NCBI GenBank assembly: GCA_964016885.1
Contig: OZ024756.1
Coordinates: forward strand, 36,208,001 to 36,272,000
DNA length: 64,000 bases
Direction: 5' to 3'
DNA from: Eledone cirrhosa
Lineage: Eukaryota
The translations under genes were made by a program, and so were the position numbers. The notes below the pieces were generated by a model, which worked only from the letters and a program-made list of their open reading frames with translations, was not told the DNA's origin and did not search any database. Shown one piece after another: positions 53,181 through 64,000 of the stretch (positions are counted from its first letter, which is position 1; the number at the start of each line of letters is the position of its first letter).

Positions 53181-53321
53181 GGTGGTGGTAGTAGTAATGG
53201 TAGTAGTAGTAGTAGTAGTGGTTGTAGCAGTAGTAGTAGTGGTAGTACTAGTAGTGATGGTAGTAGTAGTAGTAGTGGTTGTAGCAGTAGTAGTGGTAGT
53301 ACTAGTAGTGATGGTAGTAGC

Positions 53322-53354
<33 letters not shown>

Positions 53355-53375
53355 AGTAGTAGTAATGGTAGTAGC

Positions 53376-53412
<37 letters not shown>

Positions 53413-53557
53413 ATGGTAGTAGTAGTAGTAGTAGCGGTCATGGTGACAGTAATAGAAGTAAAAATAGTACAAGTAGTGGACATAGTAGCAGTAACAGTTG
53501 TTGCGGTAGTGGAGTTTGTAGAAGTAGTGGTTGTGGCGGTAGTGGGAGTAGTAGTGT
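52586..53557. repeat. ~1-kb (GTA/GTG)n microsatellite
   Basis: Direct reading; explains the poly-V and poly-T ORFs. Confidence 0.95.
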
Positions 53558-53805
53558 AGTTAGCAGGATAAGTAACACAGCGTGATTCACAATAGAGGTG
53601 TTATATGACAGCATATACCATATGTTTAGATACAATAAACATACACAAGTCTCGCTGTGGATATTTTAAGCAGTGAACATATCACAGCCACTTCAGTTAC
53701 CGTATGAGAACGTCAAATACTTGAATATATAAGCTGGTGTACGAAGGTGCGTTAAGTCAGAGATGGGGAACCCACTGCCTTAATACCGCATACAACCTTT
53801 TATGG

Positions 53806-54296
53806 CAGGGGTGTGCAACATATTCCATTGGTGGGCCACTTTTGAACATTGGAACAACTATTAGGGCCATTAATTGTTTCTACTTTAGGCACAAGGCCAG
53901 CAAATACCCAGTACATTACTGGTACCTTATTTTATCGACCCCGTAAGGATGAAAGGCAAAGTTAACCTTGGCGGGATTTGAACTCAGACCGTAAAGGGAC
54001 GTAACTATGCTAGAAAGCATGGTGTCCAACCCTCTACCGATACTGCCAATTCACCAATATTTATTCCAAAGATTCGTCACAACTTCTTTCCTTAACATGG
54101 AACTGGGAAATTATAGCACATAACCCTATCAGTGAAGCCCTTTAGTATAGGTCAACTAACAGAAAATTGTATTACGGTTACGAAAAAAATTCTAAATAAG
54201 CCTACAAGGTAAAAATTAAAAACGGTCATCGCGGGCCATTCTGACTTGTCTGGTGGGCCAGATTGTGGCCCGCGGACCGCCTGTTGCACACCCTTG
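53806..54296. mobile_element. hAT-type MITE with nested SINE
   Basis: TIRs CAGGGGTGTGCAACA / TGTTGCACACCCTTG, degenerate 8-bp TSD (TTTTATGG / TTCTATGC); minus-strand SINE at ~53872-54056 inside. Confidence 0.75.
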
Positions 54297-55369
54297 TTCT
54301 ATGCCATTCTGTGCGGCCTTTAGGAAAAAAAAAAAAAAATTTCAACAATTTTTAAATTCTTATTAATATGTTTTTCTTATTTTCATGCTTTTTTTTTTAC
54401 TACTAGATATTTTGTATTGTAATAAATTCGATGTTTTAAGCTTTAAAAAAAAATTGAAGTTTGATGTTCAAACGAAAAAAAATGTAAATAGATAAAAACA
54501 TGTTGGGAGGATCGTTCAACAACGTTTGGTTCCTTTGTTTTCGGGTCTGGTGTATATGTATATATTTTTATATACACATTAATAGTTAATACAGAATACA
54601 GTTGTTATATTTTAGGTTGTTGGTGTTTATGATATCACGGTAAAAAAAACAACACCTATCAAACAAAAGACTACAACATTTACTTGGTAGATCTGTAGAG
54701 ATATTGCTTGGGAACCACCATTCCCACCACCTCAATGAATGGTTTGGTTATGGTTCATAGCACAGTGAACTGTCCTCCGTCATTTTGTAGGCACTATCAC
54801 TGGTTTTGTACATATAACGTGTAATCTTTCTGGGCGCAGATCAAAAGACGGTTTAGATGTATTTAAGCGGATCAAGTGGTGATATGAAGTGGTTGAACGT
54901 GGATCAAGTCATCTATTGACTCAATAATTCTAGGGATAATTTTGACACGAGTTTTGATTCAGCAATAACTTAAACAAAATATGAAATCATTAAAAAATTA
55001 TTTTTTGTTAAAATTTTCTTTTCAGTTACATATCACATGGTTTTAATTATTGTTTTAAATTTTCGAAAAAAAAAAAAAAAAATGAGGCGGTGAAGTAAAA
55101 ATTTAAAAAACAGATGTCGTTAAGCAATTTTTCCTCGAAATGTTAAATAATTTTCGGGGCGTTAAGCAACCTTTTTGAGGGGTGAAACAATTTTTTGTGT
55201 GTATGTATGTATGATGAGGGGGGCATTTTTGTTGTTGTTGTTCTTGTTGGGGTTTCTGCAAATTCGTAAACGTCATGGTTCAAAACAGCTTTTTGAAATA
55301 AAAAGAAAAGAAAGAAAGAAGAAACATGTTACAGCCATTTAAGGAGGGTGTTTATCCCCAAACTTCACC

Positions 55370-55940
55370 AATTATTATTGTTCCAGTTGTTGTTCTTGTT
55401 GTTATTGTCACGGTTATTACTCCAGCTGTTATTATTGTTGTTGTTATTGCTGTAATTATTCTTCCAGTTGTTGTTGTTGTCGTTGCTGCAGTTTTTTTTC
55501 TTCTAATTGTTGTTGTTATTGTTGTTATTCCTACAGCTGTTGCTCCAATTATTGTTAATGTTGTTGTTATTGTTGTTGTTATTGTTATTGTTGTTGGTGT
55601 TACATCTATTGCTCCAGTTGTTGAAATTATTGTTATGGTTATTCCTCCGGACGTTGTTGTTGTTATTAGTGCTGTTGTTGGTGTTGCTCTTGTTGTTGTT
55701 GCTGCTGTCGTTGTTATTATTGGCGCTGTTGTTGCGGTTGTTGTTGTGTCGTTGTCGTTATTGGTGGTGTTGTTGCTGTTGTTGTTGTTGTCGTTGTTGT
55801 TATTGGTGGTGTTGTTGCTGTTGTTGTTGTTGTTATTGGTGGTGTTGTTGCTGTTGTTGTTGTGTCGTTGTTGTTATTAGTGGTGTTGTTGCTGTTGTTG
55901 TTGTTGTTGTTGTTGTTATTGGTGGTGTTGTTGCTGTTGT
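55370..55940. repeat. (GTT)n-based degenerate triplet array
   Basis: Direct reading. Confidence 0.85.
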
Positions 55941-56243
55941 TATCTCTAAACAAATTCATCCGACAATTTGCACCAAAGACCTCAATTCGATGAAATAATA
56001 TACCAGTCAAGTACTGGGGGATTAGATAAAAAAAAAACAACTAAAAAAACAATGCGAAATAAAAATAAAATAAAAGATACAAAACAAAACAAAAAAAGGG
56101 TCACCGTGTTTGAAGTAAAGAGGGGGGGGGGGCGATTTGTCTCCCTTCTTCTACCCTATTAATGTCCAATTATGACGCCTAGATGTGCCAGCTATATATA
56201 TATATATATATATATATATTCAGCTATATATATATATATATTC

Positions 56244-56300
<57 letters not shown>

Positions 56301-56584
56301 GCTATATATATATATATATTCAACTATATATATATATATATATATATATAGTTGAACATATATATATATATATGTTCTATGGATGTTACAAGGACCCTCA
56401 ATTCACGTTGGTTAAGAAGGGATTGGGAAACTGATACCCTTGAGATTTCGGCTATTAGGGAACACGGGTGTAGAGCCCATCAAAGAAAGCTGGCGAAACT
56501 GTCACACAAACACACGCAGTCATACATATGTAAACGCATAGACGCACATACACACATATATATACACATATATATACACACACT

Positions 56585-56660
<76 letters not shown>

Positions 56661-56879
56661 TGTATGTATGTATGTATGTATGTATGTATGTATGTATGTG
56701 TGTGTGTGTATGTATATATATGCATACACAGACACATATAGAGAGGTACGGGGAGGAGGGACTGTATTAGTTCTTGCACGTGTGTAAGCGTATAATGTAT
56801 TAATGTATGTTAACACTGGAGAGAAAATTGGTGCGATGTGGGGAGATAAAGTTATTGAAGGGCGAAAGGGTGCTCCTTA

Positions 56880-57600
<721 letters not shown>

Positions 57601-57969
57601 AGAAAGTGAGGTTTTTTTTACAAAATGAAAAAACAACCGAGGTGTCCTACTCGAGTGAAAGTATAAAGAAAAAGAGATGAAATCGAAAATGCAACTGGAG
57701 TCTTATTTTTTTAAAAAATATATATATTTATTTGGTTCCTTTACCGGTTTCGCAGTTCTTCTATATATATATCTTAAGTTTCCATTAATTCTTTGTAATT
57801 GTAATTTCCTAATCAGTCGTATCTGCTTTTGTTTTCTGGAGCCTAGTTTCTCAAGATTGGCGCTGAGCCAGTCAGTTACATAACCAAGTGTCCCGATAAT
57901 TGTTGGACATTTAAAACCTGCTTATCGGAACACATCTGATTTCTTCTTCTTCTTCTTCTTCTTCTTCTT

Positions 57970-58004
<35 letters not shown>

Positions 58005-58023
58005 GAGAGTGAGAGACAGAGAA

Positions 58024-58054
<31 letters not shown>

Positions 58055-58141
58055 CAGAGAAAGAGAGAGAGAGAGAGAGAGTGAGTGAGTGAGAGAGAGA
58101 GAGAGTGAGTGAGAGAGAGAGAGAGAGAGAGTGAGAGAGTG

Positions 58142-58475
58142 TAGCCCAGTACTGAACTAGTACCATAGTTCAATACGCTTATTTACAATAGTTTATAACT
58201 TTGCCTATTAATCCGTATGGTGGGCAAATGGGGTCCCACGTGCTGGCCTGCCCACAGCCCCGGCGGACAGGATGGAGAAGGCGTTTCCCCGGAGGATGGT
58301 AAGGGAGATGCGCTGGAAGAGCCATTCCAACTCGCGAGGCTCACACCTGCGGCTGGCTAGCTCAGCGCCTATTGTGGTGAATAGAGGGGGGGGGGGTAGC
58401 CCTAGGGCCAAAGACACCAGTAGTCTCCACTGCCAAGGGCTCGACCGCGAACCTGTCGGAGAGCGACCGGTTATC
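58142..58475 (-). mobile_element. CRE-like (RLE) non-LTR retrotransposon 3' end
   Basis: Minus strand DRFAVEPLAVETTGVFGPRA then, after a frameshift, GAELASRRCEPRELEWLFQRISLTILRGNAFSIL; matches the PLAVETxG...LFQRxSxxIxRGNA RLE C-terminus; 3' end abuts (TC)n. Confidence 0.7.
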
Positions 58476-58917
58476 GACCTTGAAAGAAGGAACGGCAAGG
58501 TTGTTCTCGAGACAGGATTTAAAATCAGAGCTCAGTTGGCTGGAACAAATACAGAGATATTCTTAACCTGACGCCATAAAAACTCTGATAAATGTCCATC
58601 TTGAATTTACCGGTCTTTGCCCACTTATTTATTCCTGGAAGGGTTCTGAGGGTAGAATTCTCAAGCACGCCTTCCAGAGGGTCCTGTCAGAAGTGGTTGG
58701 ATCCCCGAGTTTAAATTTATAATACAGTTGTATTATCTGTAAATTTCCCTTTAGTTCGGCATAGCTACTTTATTTTATTTGGTTGTAGGATGGACCTACG
58801 CCGTTGTCGACGACGCACATTCCAGTTGTTCAAACACACCAACATTCAACTCGTGAAATTAACGTGCATTTGGCATTCTATTCTATTATTTTAGTTATCT
58901 AGTTACATAGCTATAGG

Positions 58918-59097
58918 GGCGGTGGATTGGCAGTATCGGTAGAGGGTCGGACGCATAGAGTTACGGTCCTTGCCAATCCGAGTTCAAATCCCGCGGAGGT
59001 TAACTTTGCCTTTCATTCTTACGGGGTCGATAAAATAAAGTACCAGTAATGCACTGGGTAATTGCTGGCCTTGTGCCCAAAGTAGAAACAATTATTA
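58918..59097 (+). mobile_element. tRNA-derived SINE
   Basis: Same family as 43801-43990, with a small internal deletion. Confidence 0.85.
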
Positions 59098-59485
59098 TAG
59101 TTATCTCCATTGTGGCGACTATATTTTCAAAATATATATGAAAAATTTGAACAAATTTTTTTTTTCTTAACTCTATTCTGTTTCCAATGAAACATTTTTC
59201 TAGAAACTGTATTGTTATCTTTTACGCACGCGCAGAAACAATTGCTTGTAATGCGGGGAAGTAGTGGTGGTGGTGTTTTTATTTTTATTATCAAAAGCTT
59301 TTTACTATTATTATTTTTATTTAAACCAGTAATTTAGAATTTTTGTCTGTTCCCAATTCCTTTTTAAGAGAGGACAATTTTAATGTCTACATAATTCACT
59401 TAAAATATATATGTAACAGGGATAAGTTGCTAGATATAAATGTGTTTTATCCTTGATACGGCGTGAAATTAAATAACTATGGATG

Positions 59486-59541
<56 letters not shown>

Positions 59542-59565
59542 AAAGTATATATTGAGTTAGGAACT

Positions 59566-59607
<42 letters not shown>

Positions 59608-59619
59608 TCGTGCCTTCCA

Positions 59620-59693
<74 letters not shown>

Positions 59694-60197
59694 CACAAAA
59701 TATTTCCCTTTCCCCTTTCATTTTATTATAGTTAAAATGAAACAGTAATGCTGGTGATTGTGTTACTTTGAAGCTAAATAGGAAACAGTTTTTTCCAAAT
59801 ATCGTTGATATTAGTTTTTAAAAAAAAACTGTACTCACTGCGACTATTCAATTTATGTATGGTTTTAAACGTGTGTCATCTTATAAACTTATATATTTGC
59901 CATAGATAATTTCTGCGAGACAAAGGCGACTGGCCATGTTTGTTTTTGTTTATCCACCTAAATAATTCATTGCCTTATGAAGGAAAACGCATATAAAGTG
60001 ACAGGGATATACCCCTTTCACCATATCCTTGCTATGACAGCCACACCAGCCGTTATTTTATTGCTTGCTGGGGTTTACATTTGAGGAAACCATAGTATGC
60101 AAATACACGTGCACATATACACACTTGTATATAAAGTATACGTATATATGTACGTATGTATGTATGTATATATATATATAAATATATATATATATAT

Positions 60198-60269
60198 GTG
60201 GGGTTGGGGTTATGGTTGGGGTTGGGGTTGGAGTTGGGGTTGGTGTTAGGGTTAGGCTTGGGGTTGGGG

Positions 60270-60302
<33 letters not shown>

Positions 60303-60308
60303 TAGGGT

Positions 60309-60341
<33 letters not shown>

Positions 60342-60452
60342 TAGGGGTTAGGGTTAAGGGTTTAGGGTTTAGGGTTTAGGGTTGGGGTTGGGGTTAGGGT
60401 TAGCGTAAGGGTTAGGGTTAGGGTTAGGGTTAGCGTTAGGGCTAGGATTAGC

Positions 60453-60485
<33 letters not shown>

Positions 60486-61879
60486 AATGTTAGGGTTAGC
60501 GTTAGGGTTAGGGTTAGGGCTAGTGTTAGGGTTAGCGTTAGGGTAAGCGTTAGGGTTAGGGTTAGCGTTAGGGTTAGGGTTAGCGTTAGAGTTAGGGTTA
60601 GGTTTAGGGTTAGCGTTAGGGTTAGGGCTAGGGTTAGGGTTAGGGTTAGCGTTAGGGTTAGGGTTAGCGTTAGATTTAGGGTTAGGTTTAGGGTTAGGGT
60701 TAGATTTAGGGTTAGGTTTAGGGTTAGGGTTAGCGTTAGGGTTAGGGTTAGCGTTAGGGTTAGGGTTAGGGTTAGCGTTAGGGTTAGGGTTAGGGTTAGC
60801 GTTAGGGTTAGCGTTAGGGTTAGGGTTACGGTTAGGTTTAGGGTAGGGTTAGGTTTAGGGTTAGGGTTAGCGTTAGGGTTAGGGTTAGGGTTAGCGTTAG
60901 GGTTAGGGTTAGCGTTAGGGTTAGGGTTAGGGTTAGGGTTAGCGTTTGGGTTAGGGTTAGGGTTAGGGTTAGGTTTAGGGTTAGGTTTAGGGTTATGGTT
61001 AGGGTTAAGGTTAGCGTTAGGGCAGGGTTAGGGTTAGCGTTAGGGTTAGCGTTAGGGTTAGCGTAAGGGTTAGTGTTAGGGTTAGGGTTAGGGTTAGGGT
61101 TAGGGTTAGGGCTAGGGTTAGGGTTAGCGTTAGGGTTAGGGTTAGGGTTAGGGTTAGCGTTAGTGTTCGGGTTAGGGTTAGGTTTAGGGTTAGGGTTAGC
61201 GTTAGGGTTAGGGTTAGGGTTACGGTTAGGGTTAGGGTTAGGGTTAGGGTAGGCGTTAGGGTTAGGGTTAGGGTTGGGGTTAGGGTTAGCGTTAGGGTTA
61301 GGGTTAGGGTTAAGGTTAGCGTTAGGGTAAGGGTTAGGGCTGGGCTTGGGGTTAGGGTTACGGTTCGGGTTAGGGTTAGCGTTAGGGTTAGGGTTAGGGT
61401 TAGTGTTAGGGTTAGGTTTACGGTTAGGGTTAGGGTTAGGGTTAGCGTTAGGGTTAGGGTTGGCGTTGGGGTTAGGGTTACGGTTAGGGTTATGGTTAGG
61501 ATTGGGGTTAGGGTTAGGGTTAGGGTTACGGTTAGGGTTAGGGTTAGGGTTAAGGTTAGGGTTAGGGTTAGGGTTAGGGTTAGGGTTAGGGTTAGGGTTG
61601 GGGTTGGGGTTGGCGTTGGGGTTAGGGTTAGGGTTAGGGCTGTTGTTGGGGTTGGGGTTGGGGGAGGGGTTGGGGTTGGGGTTGGGGTTGGGGTTAGGGT
61701 TGCGGTTAGGGTTAGTGTTAGGGTTAGTGTTGGGGTTGGGGGAGGGGTTGGGGTTGTGGTTGGCGTTGGGGTTAGGGTTAGGGCTGGGGTTGGGGTTAGG
61801 GTTAGGGCTAGGGTTGGGGTTCTGGTTTGGTGTTAGGGTTAGGGTTGGGGTTGGGGTTGGGGTTAGGGTTAGGGTTAGG
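60198..61879 (+). repeat. Interstitial telomeric repeat array (TTAGGG)n with variants
   Basis: ~1.7 kb of TTAGGG mixed with TTAGCG, TTGGGG, TTTAGGG, TTACGG and TTAGTG; non-telomeric sequence on both sides. Confidence 0.97.
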
Positions 61880-62333
61880 CAAAGGGCAAAGGAGCTCTTA
61901 AGTGTCAATGGCCATCCGAAATCACCGGGAGAGATGACCCCTTAGCCTTTGTCAAGGCAGAATTCTAGGAGAAGGAAAACTGATATAACACCTGCAACCC
62001 TGATGGTATCCAATGATGTTGACTTGTTCTTCTTTTTGATAAATATCATCTTGGTTAAGAGAGTGGGACTGGCTTTGTGCAGTGCCTTTGCTCACTATAA
62101 CAGCTTCACGGCACAGGCATTGCTTTGTATCTGGAGATCTCTCTGCACTTGTCGTCACATGGTACCATGGTCCCAGCACCATGTGTCAATAATTGTCACA
62201 AGTGTAGTGTTTGTGCCAGAGTTTTCATGTCGCAGGCTGGACTAAAAACTCACACTCGTTCAGCGCATCAATAGGGTTTCTCCTACATGGATATAAAGTA
62301 GTGGCCATACTCGAAAACGAGTTGGCAGCCACC
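61880..62333 (+). mobile_element. 5'-truncated RTE-derived element joined to the telomeric array
   Basis: Colinear with ~46350-46806 from CAAAGGGCAAAGGAGCTC; a diverged relative follows at ~62366-62955. Confidence 0.85.
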
Positions 62334-62586
62334 ATATATATATGTATATATATATATATATATACAAAGGGCGGAAGAACTCTTAAGAGTCAACGGCCAT
62401 CCAAATTGTTGTCTTTAATGCATTGTCATAATGGTTGATGTAGCATTGTTGGCAAAAGACAAGAAATCAATGGTGGAAATCAATGCACTGTGTCGTTTGC
62501 TTTGTTACTTCTGTGTACCATTTGCATACACATATGTAGATACAAATACGTATGTATGTATGTATGTATGTATGTATGTATGTATG

Positions 62587-62618
<32 letters not shown>

Positions 62619-63103
62619 CGGCCATCCAAATAGTACTTTTTTCCCCTGGGAGTGAAAGGGCCCCAGTTGTTGTCACAACACCTTTCTAGGAGAGGGAAAC
62701 TCAGAAAATAAAACCTGCGGCTTCGGAAGCATCCGATGATATTGACCAGTTCTCCTTTTCGGGTAGTGTTTTCGATGCTCAGAGAGTGGGATTGGTCGAG
62801 TGCAAGGCCTTTCCCCACTTTAAACACTTTCAAAGCACAGGTATTGCTTGTTCAGGATCTGTTGCAGGTTTGTGTGGCTGGCCGTAGCCTAAAAGTGCAG
62901 CAGACTCTATAATCTGACAAGCGATTGCAATACTCTTAGCAGAGTTTGCAGCCATCATATATGTAAGTAAGTATGTATGTAGGTAGGTATGTACATGTGT
63001 GTATGTATGTGCACCACATGCATAAGCGTGCGTATTCTTGAGTGCATATATATACATACACACACACATATATATATACACATATATATATATATATATA
63101 TAT

Positions 63104-63296
63104 AGTTTTAATATAGATGAGATTCTACACGACTAGAACTGTTTCATTCTTTAGAAATCATCAGAATTCCTGATGATTTCTAAAGAATGAAACAGTTCTA
63201 GTCCTGTAGAATCTCATCTATATTAAAACTTTTATACTCTGGTATGTATTGAGTACCTTACTTACTGTGGTTACCTCCGATTCAACCCGGAATAAC

Positions 63297-63298
<2 letters not shown>
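63104..63298. mobile_element. Hairpin-forming Penelope-like remnant
   Basis: 61-bp inverted arms (63104-63164 / 63170-63230, one mismatch) plus a tail matching ~8710-8790 in reverse; flanked by (TA)n. Confidence 0.65.
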
Positions 63299-63377
<79 letters not shown>

Positions 63378-63470
63378 AAAAATGGAGTGCTGTGTGGTTG
63401 CACACGGGTTACATATGAATAAAATTAGTCCTTCATCAGTGATCTTCCAACCTTCATTGGTATTTCATCG

Positions 63471-63506
<36 letters not shown>

Positions 63507-63570
63507 GTATCGATATAGCAATGTACGTGCAAGAGAGAGGAGAGAGATAGCGTGTCTGTGAGAAGAGATA

Positions 63571-63689
<119 letters not shown>

Positions 63690-64000
63690 TGTGTATGTGT
63701 GTGAGCGCGCTAGTCTGAACGCAAATTCCTGTGTAATATGTGAGTGACAATGCTAAGGAAAGCTTAGCTCCAGTTCGGTGAAAAAGTTTAGAGTTTCTGA
63801 CAACGGCCATAAACGTCAACATGGAAGGAAATGTGTGAAGAAATAGTCAAGTCATGTTCTTCAACAGTTTACAATTACAACACTTTAGATGTAAAGCTAG
63901 AACCCTCTGGAATGTTCCAATGTTCCATTTTCCGTCAGTCTTTAAAGTAAACATTACAAGATGGCGTGTTATGGGGGTGGTAGATTTCTTACAACCTTTT

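Noticed and set aside
52533-53559. Poly-Thr and poly-Val ORFs resembling mucins or membrane proteins
   Set aside because: Triplet microsatellite; the same applies to 13578-14951, 18108-18590, 20280-20830, 44448-44930 and 55326-56040.
58480-58710. HLSEFLWRQ motif resembling ISXO2/Merlin transposase, and a short match to ~49515-49545
   Set aside because: Too short and interrupted by stops to assign without a search.
60838-61945. 356-aa NP-rich and 199-aa GL-rich ORFs
   Set aside because: These are translations of the telomeric hexamer, not genes.

Overview
This is animal genomic DNA, AT-rich and full of microsatellites. The SINE and LINE content suggests an octopod cephalopod, which is an inference. 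Three intact multi-exon genes lie head-to-tail on the + strand, and I reconstructed each by hand with consistent GT-AG phases: MRPL39 (3625-13078, 10 exons, 350 aa), a gamma-glutamyltransferase-family gene (14978-25747, 12 exons, 578 aa) and COG8 (29830-42832, 13 exons, 903 aa). I found no host gene after about 43 kb. That part holds SINEs, LINE remnants, microsatellites, a 200-N gap and a ~1.7-kb degenerate interstitial (TTAGGG)n array. The most notable observations are: (1) minisatellites built from the genes' own exon/intron junctions, including 19 tandem donor sites in COG8 and 11 tandem acceptors in the GGT gene; (2) a GGT that keeps its catalytic Thr and oxyanion GG but has lost most gamma-glutamyl-binding residues; (3) a ~2.3-kb duplication that places the MRPL39 upstream region in front of COG8, with a filled and an empty SINE site; (4) Penelope-type hairpin insertions that turn at hammerhead-like motifs; (5) a ~350-aa repeat-rich tail on COG8; (6) a telomeric array joined directly to a 5'-truncated RTE-derived element.
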